This document shows positions 35,359 to 44,675 of a stretch of DNA of 64,000 nt, in pieces. Within the stretch, counting starts at the first letter, position 1. Each line of letters opens with the position of its first letter. The stretch comes from a virus (taxonomy: Duplodnaviria; Caudoviricetes), in IMG/VR virus record IMGVR_UViG_2928768511_000002, positions 1 through 64,000 of that record; one strand, given 5' to 3'. Both the position numbers and the translations under genes were made by a program. The notes below the pieces were generated by a model, which did not search any database, had not been told where the DNA came from, and saw nothing but the letters and a program-made list of their open reading frames with translations.

Positions 35359-36228
35359 ATGCCGAGTTTCGAGTCACCCGCGCTGTACATCGACTTCGCG
35401 CGGCTGCCGCCACCGCAGGTGATCGAGGAGATCGATTACGAGGTGCTCCTAAAGCGCTACCAGGCCAAGGTCCTGGAGCTGCGGCCGGAGCTGGCCGCCG
35501 CGATCGCGCTGGAGCAGTCGCCGACCAACGTCATTCTCGAAGCCGAGTCCTACGGCGAGATGATCGTCCGCGAGCGCATCAATGCCGCGGCTCGAGCCTG
35601 CATGCTGCCGTTCGCTACGGGGTCTGACCTCGAAGTAATCGGCGCCCGCTTCAATGTGCAGCGAATGGACGGCGAGCTGGATCCTCGCCTCCGCCGACGA
35701 ATTCAGCTCTCAATGGAGAGCTTCTCGACCGCGGGTAGCCCCGGGTCGTACATCTTCCACGCCCTGAGCGTTTCGACCCAGGTCAAGGACGTCTCTGCCG
35801 TCGCCGAGCGCGGAACGGGCAGGGTGACCGTCACGATCATGGCCGATGGCACCAACCCGGTGCCGAGTTCGACGCTTGTCGATGCCGTCTACGACCGACT
35901 GATGTCGGATGGCATCAAGCCGCTCACGGACGACATCAGGGTCCTACCGGTCACCAAGATCCCGGTGGACCTTTCCGCCAACCTCACGCTCTACCCTGGC
36001 CCCGACGCTTCGCTGGTGATCGCCGACGTCAACAAGTCGCTCACCTCGCTGCGCAACCGCGTCAGTAAGATCGGCATGGACCTGAAACGGTCCGCCGTCA
36101 TCGCCGCCCTCACGCAGGAAGGCGTCCAGAACGTCGACATCGACTTCCAGGACGTCAACGTCGGGACGGGTGGTGTGGTCTGGATCAACTCGGCCAGCGT
36201 GAACGTATCCAGTATCCGCGAGGAGTAA
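35359..36228 (+). CDS. Baseplate J-like protein
   Basis: LP.P..IEEIDYE; FATGSDLE..GA; STAGSPGSY.FHALS. Confidence 0.9.
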   Translation: MPSFESPALYIDFARLPPPQVIEEIDYEVLLKRYQAKVLELRPELAAAIALEQSPTNVILEAESYGEMIVRERINAAARACMLPFATGSDLEVIGARFNVQRMDGELDPRLRRRIQLSMESFSTAGSPGSYIFHALSVSTQVKDVSAVAERGTGRVTVTIMADGTNPVPSSTLVDAVYDRLMSDGIKPLTDDIRVLPVTKIPVDLSANLTLYPGPDASLVIADVNKSLTSLRNRVSKIGMDLKRSAVIAALTQEGVQNVDIDFQDVNVGTGGVVWINSASVNVSSIREE

Positions 36229-36231
36229 TCC

Positions 36232-37464
36232 ATGGCCGAGCGCCTTATGGAACAAGTCCTGGCGCCGAACGCGACGATTTACGAGCGCGTCCTGGCCTCC
36301 CAGGTTGATCGGCTCCTGGCACTCGATACCGATCGGCTCCGCCGGCTCTGGGATCCTTACCGCTGTCACGTCGACGACCTGCCGTACTTGGCGTGGTCGT
36401 TCTCGGCGGACATCTGGGACACGACCTGGCCGGAGGCGAAGAAGCGCAAGGCTGTCGCCGATGCGATCGCCCATCACCGGCTCAAGGGTACGAAGGCTGG
36501 TATGGCCACGTACCTCGACCTGGTTGACTGCAATCTCGATGACCTGATCGTCCCGCCTGCGCGTGGCTATCGGATTCCGGCCATGACGAACGACGAGTTC
36601 ATGTCGTGGCTGGTGCATCTGCCGCAGATCAGGATTTACCCCTTCGTGATCCGCGATCCGGCCGGGCCGCGTGACTTCCGGATGCCGACTTACACCTTCC
36701 GGAACGATAACTTCCGCGAGAAGAGCATCGGCCCGAACATCTACGGCCGGAAGGCGTCGATCTACAAGAACGGTGTCGAGGCCTTCGTCAAGCTGGAAGC
36801 GATGACCGAGTTCGGCGGCCAAGCCGTGGAGCGGGTCTACTTCGGCGATTTTGCAAGGCGGGACTATCACACCGATGGCTTCCGTGGTCACAAGTTCTAC
36901 GAACTGACCGACGCGACCGACAACATCGTCACCGTTCGCATCAGCCAGGCCGCCTCCGACCTCGTGTCGCTGACGCCCGGTCTGACGCCGCAGGATGTCA
37001 AGCCGGTCCAGATAGCCGAGAGGCATATCGTCCAGTCGGCGACGACGTTCCGCGCTTACAACGCCTCGTTCCGCGGCAATGGAAATTTCCGTCGTGAGAC
37101 GGACGCAGCGCACTGGATCTACGATCGAGTGGCGCTGCACAACAAGGCCGACCTGCCGTCAGGTCTGTCAGCCAAGTCTTATCGCGGTCACATGCGATAC
37201 GGCATCCCGGCCTACACGGCTCAGGCGACTGTTAGCGTTCCTCTGGTCCGCTCGAACGCCCAGGGCTTCGGTGGCCGCTTCCGTAACGGTTTCCGCGTCC
37301 CCACCGACATGAAGAAGCTCGACGACGCCTGCGGGGCGATCGTCACCGCCAAGCCACTCCGCGACGCCGTCCTGGTCGACACGGTCACTCACCGCGTCGT
37401 CCGACTGAAGGACCGGCGAAAGCTGGGGACGTTCAAGCTCGGCGAAATCAGAAAGGTCGCCTGA
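36232..37464 (+). CDS. Tail protein I (P2 gpI-like) with long extension
   Basis: LWDPYRC...LPYLAWSFS.D.WD..WPE..KR...HRLKGT. Confidence 0.85.
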   Translation: MAERLMEQVLAPNATIYERVLASQVDRLLALDTDRLRRLWDPYRCHVDDLPYLAWSFSADIWDTTWPEAKKRKAVADAIAHHRLKGTKAGMATYLDLVDCNLDDLIVPPARGYRIPAMTNDEFMSWLVHLPQIRIYPFVIRDPAGPRDFRMPTYTFRNDNFREKSIGPNIYGRKASIYKNGVEAFVKLEAMTEFGGQAVERVYFGDFARRDYHTDGFRGHKFYELTDATDNIVTVRISQAASDLVSLTPGLTPQDVKPVQIAERHIVQSATTFRAYNASFRGNGNFRRETDAAHWIYDRVALHNKADLPSGLSAKSYRGHMRYGIPAYTAQATVSVPLVRSNAQGFGGRFRNGFRVPTDMKKLDDACGAIVTAKPLRDAVLVDTVTHRVVRLKDRRKLGTFKLGEIRKVA

Positions 37465-37484
37465 GGCGGCTCCCAGGAGAAAAT

Positions 37485-39743
37485 ATGGAAAACAAGATCA
37501 TCTTTCATGCGAACATCGATGATGATCCTACGGACTTCACCCGTCTGCAGGACTTCGCCGAGGCCTCGCTCGACCACGTCGTCCTCGACGGCATCAGCGA
37601 CCTGACGAAGTACACCGGCTTCGGTGTGACCAAGTCCGCGGTCACCCAGATTTCGGTTGCTCCGGGTCGCCTCTATTCGGCCGGCAAGGTCTACAGTTCG
37701 GGCTCGACCGCGTGGTCCAAGGACTTCATCACCCAGCTCCCCGTTGCCGGCAAGAAGATCGCCTGCATCGTGTCCTGGGGTTCGGAGTCGGACACGGACG
37801 TGCGTCCGCGTCAGTTCCTGATCAACGCTGAGACCCGTCAGGCCGAGCCGCAGGCTGTGCCACTGGTTCACGCCCGCGTGGCGAACCTGAACGTGGTCAT
37901 CGGCAACGAAGCGCCCGATCCGGTCGCTCCGCTGGTCGACGTCGGCTACACGGTCATCGCGCAGGTCGTCCTGACGCCGACCGGTGTCGACACGATCAAG
38001 ATGATCGAGGACAACAAGCTTCCGAGCGTTCAGCGCCATGAAGAGCGCATCATCGACCTCGAAACGTTCGAGGAGACGGCCGGCCTCCAGATCAAGACCC
38101 TGTCAACGGACATCGCCGCGCTCAAGCAGGCGGCGAACCGCGGCGAGGTCGACCAGGCCACCATGGGTCGCACCCTGACCCGATTGGCGGTGCTCGAGTC
38201 CAAGAACGGCGTCCTCTACACGGCGATCGATTCAAGCGCGAACTTCTTCCTCGACCATTCGAAGTCGAAGCTCGACGACCCGCTGTCGCACGCGAAGGTC
38301 GAAGAGGGTATCCGTATGCCAGCGGCGGCCGAAGGGGTGTCCGCGCTCAGCATCTTCAATCCGCTGGATCCGAACGCCACGATCAAGAATGGCCTCATGC
38401 TCCCGTCCTACACCCGGGAAGCCTGGCTGCAGTCTGGCAGCATCAGCGGCGAGGTGCAGGTTGCCGCATATTCCGTGTCGTCCTTCGACATGGTGCAGAA
38501 GACGATCGCGCGTCAGCGCATCCGTTACGGCAACGAGTTCATCGTCTGTACGAACAGCCTTTGGTGGCAGACCGGACAGTTCGACGGCGTCAGCCGCTTC
38601 TTCCGTGCCGGTGAGATCTACGAGGTCCTGAACCCTGGCGACGCTTGGGGTCACAGCTGGATGCGCGTGCGCCAGATCTGGATCGACACTTACGACGAAG
38701 CGTACTGGGACAAGATCACGACCACCACCACGGTGACCGGCACCCAGATCGCTGAGACTTGGCTCCAAGGCCAGAACATGTGGCTCGACGCTGTCGGCGT
38801 CTGCTTCACCCGTCTGGCGGCGTCCGGCTCAGCGCACATCGCAATCGTCGAGGTGTCTGACTATGGCTTGCCGAACCTGAAGCAGTGTATCGCCCAGACC
38901 ACGCTGCTCCGCGAGAACATGAAGCTCAATGCGGAGACGGTGGTTCCGCTGCAACCGACCTATCTCTCGGCTGGTAAGCGGTACGCGCTGGTCATCACCA
39001 CTGCTGCCGACCACTGGGTCGCTGTCGTTCCTGGCCAGCAGTTCACGCAGGGCACGTTCTTCTACGTTCTCGACGGCGCCTATGCGCAGGGCGATGCGTT
39101 CAAGGACCTCTGGATGCGTCTGTACCGCTGCAAATTCAACACGGCCCGTGCGGTCATCACGTTGAACCCGTTGCAGCTGCCCGGTGGCATCCTGGCGATC
39201 GATCTGATCGCCGGCACGATCATCCCGGATGGCACGTCGCTGACGTACGAGATCCAGGTTGGCTCACAATGGTTCAACCTGATCGACGTCGACAAGTACA
39301 TGCTTGGACAGGGCGGCACGATCCCGCCGCTGCTGCCTCTGCGGGCCGTCTACATGGGCTCGGTCGACTGTATGCCGGGGCTCAACCTCATCGATAGCTC
39401 GGTCCATGTGTCTCGGCCGGACGTCTACGCACAGCACGTCACCACGACGCGCACGCTGCCGGCTCCGTCGACGCAGATCCGGGTCATCGAGCGGTATGAG
39501 GGCTTCGATCCGATCTACCACACCGCGAGCTGCAAGCTGCTCACCGGTGCGCCTGGCTTCGGAACGCAGGTCTCTCCGTCCAGCGTGTCGACCTTCATCG
39601 ACCCCAACGACGGCGCATACGAGCGAACCTACGTGTTCAATCTCGGCGCTGCGGTCACGCAGTACCGAGTCCTGACGCGAACCGACACCTCGACCAACCA
39701 GCGTGTGTTCCACGTCGGTTGGCAGAAGGACTACGCGCTGTAA
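37485..39743 (+). CDS. Baseplate or tail-fibre attachment structural protein
   Basis: 752 aa, beta-rich; position between gpI and tail fibre. Confidence 0.65.
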   Translation: MENKIIFHANIDDDPTDFTRLQDFAEASLDHVVLDGISDLTKYTGFGVTKSAVTQISVAPGRLYSAGKVYSSGSTAWSKDFITQLPVAGKKIACIVSWGSESDTDVRPRQFLINAETRQAEPQAVPLVHARVANLNVVIGNEAPDPVAPLVDVGYTVIAQVVLTPTGVDTIKMIEDNKLPSVQRHEERIIDLETFEETAGLQIKTLSTDIAALKQAANRGEVDQATMGRTLTRLAVLESKNGVLYTAIDSSANFFLDHSKSKLDDPLSHAKVEEGIRMPAAAEGVSALSIFNPLDPNATIKNGLMLPSYTREAWLQSGSISGEVQVAAYSVSSFDMVQKTIARQRIRYGNEFIVCTNSLWWQTGQFDGVSRFFRAGEIYEVLNPGDAWGHSWMRVRQIWIDTYDEAYWDKITTTTTVTGTQIAETWLQGQNMWLDAVGVCFTRLAASGSAHIAIVEVSDYGLPNLKQCIAQTTLLRENMKLNAETVVPLQPTYLSAGKRYALVITTAADHWVAVVPGQQFTQGTFFYVLDGAYAQGDAFKDLWMRLYRCKFNTARAVITLNPLQLPGGILAIDLIAGTIIPDGTSLTYEIQVGSQWFNLIDVDKYMLGQGGTIPPLLPLRAVYMGSVDCMPGLNLIDSSVHVSRPDVYAQHVTTTRTLPAPSTQIRVIERYEGFDPIYHTASCKLLTGAPGFGTQVSPSSVSTFIDPNDGAYERTYVFNLGAAVTQYRVLTRTDTSTNQRVFHVGWQKDYAL

Positions 39744-39761
39744 GCGCAGAAAGAACCGTCA

Positions 39762-39977
39762 ATGGCAAAAGCAAAGAACGCGGCCACCGAAGAGGTGGTC
39801 GCGGTGGAGCCGCAGGCTCCCGAACCGGCTCCGATCATGTATGAGGTAACCCTGAACGGTCGCTTCACTCACATGGACTTTCCCTACCTGCCTTCGCATC
39901 ACCACATCGTCGACAAGGCGATCTACGATGCGATGGTCGAAGCGGGGGTAGTTGCCGATGTCAAGCAACTTTCCTGA
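39762..39977 (+). CDS. Small hypothetical protein
   Basis: 71 aa, GC3-rich. Confidence 0.65.
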   Translation: MAKAKNAATEEVVAVEPQAPEPAPIMYEVTLNGRFTHMDFPYLPSHHHIVDKAIYDAMVEAGVVADVKQLS

Positions 39978-41652
39978 GCTTGTATTCAGCGACGACGAAG
40001 ACTTCACGGCAGACCGATTGAACTTGGCGATGCAGGTGCTGGATCAGCGCCTGCGTTCGCTGGAGCCTTTTTCTCCGAGCTGGGAGCAGGCGGTCAACGA
40101 TCTGCGTCTGGTCGGACTCTCTCGACTGAACGACGCCATCCTGCCGGCGTATCAGCGCATCCAGCTGCTGTCCACGCTCGGCTTCCTGTTTGCTGGCTCG
40201 TCCAGCGAAGTCACTCTTACCCAGGACATGACCGCGACGTTTGTCATTGACGACGAGACGGAAAAGTCCCTGTTCACCCCGACGCCATTCCTGGCGCTGA
40301 CCCGCTCCTCGACGATCGATGACTATGCGATTGCGCAGTTGATCTCGTATGAGCAGGCGACCGGCACCTTGATGGTGAAGGTCAAATCGATCACCGGCAG
40401 CCCTGGTCCTTTCACGGACTGGCAGATCGGCGCCTGTGCGGCGTCAACCATCGCGGCGATGGCCTACTTCACGCAGATCGATGCGGCCCGCAACGCAGCC
40501 AACGTTGCAAAGGCAGCAACAGCTGCCGACCGCGTACAGACCGGTCTCGACCGCATCCAGACGGGTGTGGATCGGAATGCCGCGGCGCAGTCGGCTGTAG
40601 CAGCGTCTGCCTCTGCTGACCGAGCCGGCACCTGGGATCCGACCAACTACGCCCTCAAGTCGTATGTGGACGGCAAGATCCAAGCGCTGGTCGGCACCGC
40701 GCCGGCCACCCTCGACACGCTCGCGGAAATCGCGGCGCAGATGCAGGCGGACGAGAGCGGCTTTGCCGCGCTGTCCACCACGGTCTCCGGCAAGCTGACG
40801 GCAACGCAGAACCTGAACGACCTGACCGACAAGGCACAGGCTCGCATCAATCTGGGCGTCACTTTCGCCAACCCGACCAGCAAGTCGGGCCTAACGGCGG
40901 CGAACGGGTCGGCCGTTACCTACATGCGGTCTGATGCTGCACCTGCGATCGACGTTTCGATCGCGCCGACCTGGACCAACAAGCACATCTTCCAGTGGAA
41001 CTCTGGAGCGACATACTGCATCAACGTCCAGACCTATGGCGGCTTGACCATCTACGCGCCGGACCAGGGCTCGGCGTTCATGACGTTCCATCGCGGCGCA
41101 TACGCGAGCCAGTTTGGGCTCGACGGTGACAACTACTACCGATGGGGTGGTTGGTCGGATGGTGCTGGCGGAGTCCGTATGTACCTGAGCCCTGGTGGCT
41201 TGTTGTACAGTGCAGGTTACGGCGCCTCGACGACGCCTGTTGGTGGTCAGGTGCGCGCGGCCGGCGACATCATCTACGGCCTGTCGGATCAACGTCTGAA
41301 GGACGACATCCAGATCATTGAAGATGCTCTGGAGAAGATCGACCAGCTCGATGGCGTCACCTGGGTTCAGAGCGATCTGGCCCGCGAGGTTGGTGCACCG
41401 GTTCAAGACCGTCGCAAGGCCGGTCTGTTGGCGCAGCAGCTGGAGAAGGTTCTGCCCGAAGCGGTCGGCCTGGCTCCGTTCGACACGAACAAGCTGATGA
41501 AGAGCCGTACGGGCTTGAACCTGCTGAACATCCAGTACGAGCAGGTTTCTGGTCTGCTGGTGGAAGGCATCAAGGCGCTGAAGCGCAAGAACGACGCGCT
41601 CGAAGACCGAGTCGCACGGCTCGAAGCGATCATCGAGAAGCTGGGGGTGTAA
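39958..41652 (+). CDS. Tail fibre with C-terminal intramolecular chaperone (peptidase S74)
   Basis: LSDQRLKDDIQ.IEDALEKI..LDGVTW; GLLAQQLEKVLPEAV; YE....LLVEGIK.L coiled coil. Confidence 0.9.
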   Translation: MSSNFPELVFSDDEDFTADRLNLAMQVLDQRLRSLEPFSPSWEQAVNDLRLVGLSRLNDAILPAYQRIQLLSTLGFLFAGSSSEVTLTQDMTATFVIDDETEKSLFTPTPFLALTRSSTIDDYAIAQLISYEQATGTLMVKVKSITGSPGPFTDWQIGACAASTIAAMAYFTQIDAARNAANVAKAATAADRVQTGLDRIQTGVDRNAAAQSAVAASASADRAGTWDPTNYALKSYVDGKIQALVGTAPATLDTLAEIAAQMQADESGFAALSTTVSGKLTATQNLNDLTDKAQARINLGVTFANPTSKSGLTAANGSAVTYMRSDAAPAIDVSIAPTWTNKHIFQWNSGATYCINVQTYGGLTIYAPDQGSAFMTFHRGAYASQFGLDGDNYYRWGGWSDGAGGVRMYLSPGGLLYSAGYGASTTPVGGQVRAAGDIIYGLSDQRLKDDIQIIEDALEKIDQLDGVTWVQSDLAREVGAPVQDRRKAGLLAQQLEKVLPEAVGLAPFDTNKLMKSRTGLNLLNIQYEQVSGLLVEGIKALKRKNDALEDRVARLEAIIEKLGV

Positions 41653-41653
41653 G

Positions 41654-41887
41654 ATGGCCGTTCCGTCATCTGGCGCTGTCGGCTTCTCGACCGTCAACTC
41701 CGTCTTCGGCTACGGCATCGCGATGAGCAGCTACGTCGGCCGGCCCTACTACTACTACGAAGTGAACTGGGGCGTTAGGTCCGGCACCTTCCCAGGCTCC
41801 AACTTCCCGATGTCTCTCTTCTACGGGAAATCCAACCACGACGAATGGAACTGCGCCTGCGCCTGCGCCTGCGCGTGCGGCAAGTGA
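41654..41887 (+). CDS. Tail-tip-like peptide with C-terminal (Cys-Ala)n repeat; candidate radical SAM substrate
   Basis: MAVPSSGAVGFSTVNSVFG...MSSY...FP.SN..MS.FYGKS, ending NCACACACACGK; starts 1 nt after fibre stop. Confidence 0.75.
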   Translation: MAVPSSGAVGFSTVNSVFGYGIAMSSYVGRPYYYYEVNWGVRSGTFPGSNFPMSLFYGKSNHDEWNCACACACACGK

Positions 41888-41893
41888 GGATCA

Positions 41894-42214
41894 ATGACCA
41901 AGCCACCGAGCACCACCTTCAGCTACCGGATCAATCACTGGAGCAAGGACGGCTGGGCTCGAGTCGAGTATCGGCACGAGACGCTCGGTAGCTTGGTCAA
42001 GCAGGTCTTCATCCCGCTGAACCATTCGGAAGAGGAGCAGCGTGGCGCCGTCATCATGCAGTTCCCCTGGCAATCCTTCCACGCCAGGTATCTTGAAATG
42101 TTGGCGCAGGCGGCTGCTCCGGCCCCTGCGGCAATGGAAGGACAATTCACGCACCGCATCGATCGTCCCATGGAGGATCCGGTCGGTTTGCCCATGGAAA
42201 CCCAAAAGGTGTAG
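41894..42214 (+). CDS. Hypothetical fibre-associated protein
   Basis: GAGGA RBS; predicted three strands then helices. Confidence 0.7.
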   Translation: MTKPPSTTFSYRINHWSKDGWARVEYRHETLGSLVKQVFIPLNHSEEEQRGAVIMQFPWQSFHARYLEMLAQAAAPAPAAMEGQFTHRIDRPMEDPVGLPMETQKV

Positions 42215-42216
42215 CG

Positions 42217-42762
42217 ATGCAGTTCAGGCGCATCCGTTTCGAGAACTTCACGATCACGATCTTCACGGCGCATGCCGGCGAAGAGAGGGTCTGTCCTCCG
42301 TCTGAACTAACCCGCGGCCTGACCGCGTCAGACGCTCCGGCCATCGCTCACCTGCTCGAAGGCAAGGATGATGCTCGGCCGCTCCACACCATTCCGGTGT
42401 ACACCAAGGGAGGCTTCGAGGCTCTCGGCGGCGATCACGCGCCGGACCCTCGCCCGGCTGGTAGCGGCGCCACTCAGTTCGTGAGGGGCATCGACAACTA
42501 CAAGCTCCGCGCCACAGCGGCGGATAGCGAATATCACTGCATCACCCCGAAGAGCAAAGAGCCGGTGTTCTGGCAGCGCTCATTCGTCGGCGGGAAGGCC
42601 GGCGACACGTTCGAGGTTCTGCCCAACAGCTACCTCTACATCGCAGAGGGCAAGATCGAGCTGGCTCACCGAACGTTCGTCGGCCCCACGATGCTTGAGA
42701 TCACCAAGCCGCACACGGCCAAGATCACCGATCCGGTGATGGGCGCCAAGCTCTGGCGCTGA
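42217..42762 (+). CDS. Cupin/jelly-roll-like hypothetical protein
   Basis: Alternating beta pattern (SEYHCITP; YLYIAEGKIEL); fold is inferred. Confidence 0.55.
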   Translation: MQFRRIRFENFTITIFTAHAGEERVCPPSELTRGLTASDAPAIAHLLEGKDDARPLHTIPVYTKGGFEALGGDHAPDPRPAGSGATQFVRGIDNYKLRATAADSEYHCITPKSKEPVFWQRSFVGGKAGDTFEVLPNSYLYIAEGKIELAHRTFVGPTMLEITKPHTAKITDPVMGAKLWR

Positions 42763-42772
42763 AAGGAGCCCC

Positions 42773-43402
42773 ATGCCCACGATCCGCTTCCTGACGCCTG
42801 CCGACTTTGGCGATATGTGCGACATCATCGACAAGCACAGCAGCGGCATGGGCGCATGGTGCAACGATCCGAGCGCCCCGGTGAAACCGAACTTCCGCCA
42901 GCTCGCGAAGGACCATGTGGACCTTTGCTTCGAGCAGGCTATGTCGAACTTCTGGGGCTATTTTGACGACTCCGGCAAGCTCGTCGCCTGGGTCAACTTC
43001 ACCCGATGGGCTGATCCGATCAACATCACCATCCGCTCCGTAATCGAAGATCCGGACGCCGACCTGCCGCGCCGCGTTGGCGCTGTCTGGTCGGAAGCCG
43101 CGGTCGATCTGGTGAACTGGGGCATGGGGTACTTCTGGTCGGAGGGCGTCGAGAATTTCTGGTGCCGCATGTATGCCGGCAAAGAGGATCGGCACATCTC
43201 GGATCACCCCAACTGCATGCTGACTCAATACCAGCGCGAAAGGGTCAAGTTCATCCGGGCCGGCGAGCAACCGCCGCCCGAGTATCGCAGGGTCAGCTGG
43301 TCGCCGTTTGACGACGACACAGCGATCTATCGGTTCTCCGACACATTGCCGCTGCTGGCGTATCTCGAAAGTGCAAATGATCCGACTGGAAATGCTGAGT
43401 GA
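42773..43402 (+). CDS. GNAT-fold acyltransferase-like protein
   Basis: IRFLTPADF start; FWGYFDDSGKLVAWVNF; LVNWGMGYFWSEGVENFW. Confidence 0.55.
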   Translation: MPTIRFLTPADFGDMCDIIDKHSSGMGAWCNDPSAPVKPNFRQLAKDHVDLCFEQAMSNFWGYFDDSGKLVAWVNFTRWADPINITIRSVIEDPDADLPRRVGAVWSEAAVDLVNWGMGYFWSEGVENFWCRMYAGKEDRHISDHPNCMLTQYQRERVKFIRAGEQPPPEYRRVSWSPFDDDTAIYRFSDTLPLLAYLESANDPTGNAE

Positions 43403-44675
43403 GAACGGAGAGGTCGTGCCTCTGTTCTACGATCAGCACACCTCACGTCTGCTCGACAAGGACGGCTTCAAGGCCGTCGACTACACCAACAACCCGATGT
43501 ATGACCCGGAGCCATCGCAGCGCCGGCCGTTCATCGCGGTGGACTACGATCAGCCAGGGCGTAAGGTCCGCGAGGTCCGGAAGCTGAAGATCCAGCTCGG
43601 CCTCGGCTGCAACAAGTCCTGCTCATACTGCCTCCAGGCGATACAGGTTCAGAAGGCCGCGGCGACAAGCACGCGGGATGCGTCGGAATTTCTGGCGAAC
43701 ATCGACGGCTGGATCGTCAACCCGGAGGGGATGGAGAAGGTCGAGCTTTGGGGTGGCGAGCCGCTGCTCTACTGGAAGAAGATCGAGATCCTCGCCCCGG
43801 CGTTGATCACGAAGTTCCCGAACGCTCAGTTCTCGATCATCACGAACGGCGAGCTGCTCACTCGAGAGATCGTCGATCAGCTCAAGGCCTGGAATTTCTC
43901 TCTGACCATCAGCCACGATGGCCCGGGGCAGGCGGTAAGGGGAGACGACCCGTTCGAAGACCCTCACAAATTTGCCATGATCCAGTACGCGCAGAAGACG
44001 TTTCATCCGCGCTTCTCGTTCAACGCTGTGCTCACCCCTAAGAGCCACGACGTCAACGCCATCATCGACTGGTTCCACGATTACTTCCCGGGCTGCAACG
44101 TCGGCTTCGAGGGAGTCGTTCACAGCTACGCCAGCGACCCGGCATCGATCTTCTCGATCGAGCAGTTGGCGCAGTTCAGCGACACGCTGTCCCGACAGCT
44201 GGCCGATGGATCGGCTCTCCGATCCCCGGCGATCATGGACAAGCTGCGCAGGTCGGTGAACTCGTTCGTCAATGAGCAGTCCTCGAAGACGCTGTTCCAG
44301 AAGTGCGGCATGGACATGCCGGAGTATCTGGCGGTCGACCTGAAGGGCAACGTCATGACCTGCCAGAACGTGGGCGCCAACGGCAACCACAAGATCGGGC
44401 ACGTCAGCGACTTCGAGAACATCGCGCTCAACACCTCCAAGCACTGGAGCAAGCGCCCAGAGTGCCAGAGCTGCCCCGTGCTGCAGCTTTGCCAAGGCGC
44501 CTGCATGTACCAGGGAGGGGACAACTGGACGCACAGCTGCAACGCTGAGTTCTTCTACAACCTGGCCTTCTTCAGGGCCGCGCTCTTCATCCTCACGGGA
44601 CGATGGCTGGTTGGTTTCAGCGGCGACATCGTGCGTCCGAAACTGAAGAAGGATCGCGATGTCGAAGTTCGCTGA
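43377..44675 (+). CDS. Radical SAM/SPASM protein
   Basis: CNKSCSYC; LWGGEPLL; ITNG; ISHDG; SPASM CG..x..C...CQSCPVLQLCQGAC..C. Confidence 0.92.
   Translation: MIRLEMLSENGEVVPLFYDQHTSRLLDKDGFKAVDYTNNPMYDPEPSQRRPFIAVDYDQPGRKVREVRKLKIQLGLGCNKSCSYCLQAIQVQKAAATSTRDASEFLANIDGWIVNPEGMEKVELWGGEPLLYWKKIEILAPALITKFPNAQFSIITNGELLTREIVDQLKAWNFSLTISHDGPGQAVRGDDPFEDPHKFAMIQYAQKTFHPRFSFNAVLTPKSHDVNAIIDWFHDYFPGCNVGFEGVVHSYASDPASIFSIEQLAQFSDTLSRQLADGSALRSPAIMDKLRRSVNSFVNEQSSKTLFQKCGMDMPEYLAVDLKGNVMTCQNVGANGNHKIGHVSDFENIALNTSKHWSKRPECQSCPVLQLCQGACMYQGGDNWTHSCNAEFFYNLAFFRAALFILTGRWLVGFSGDIVRPKLKKDRDVEVR

Noticed and set aside
39958-41887. Diversity-generating retroelement or invertible fibre cassette
   Set aside because: No reverse transcriptase, template repeat, invertase or flanking inverted repeats seen
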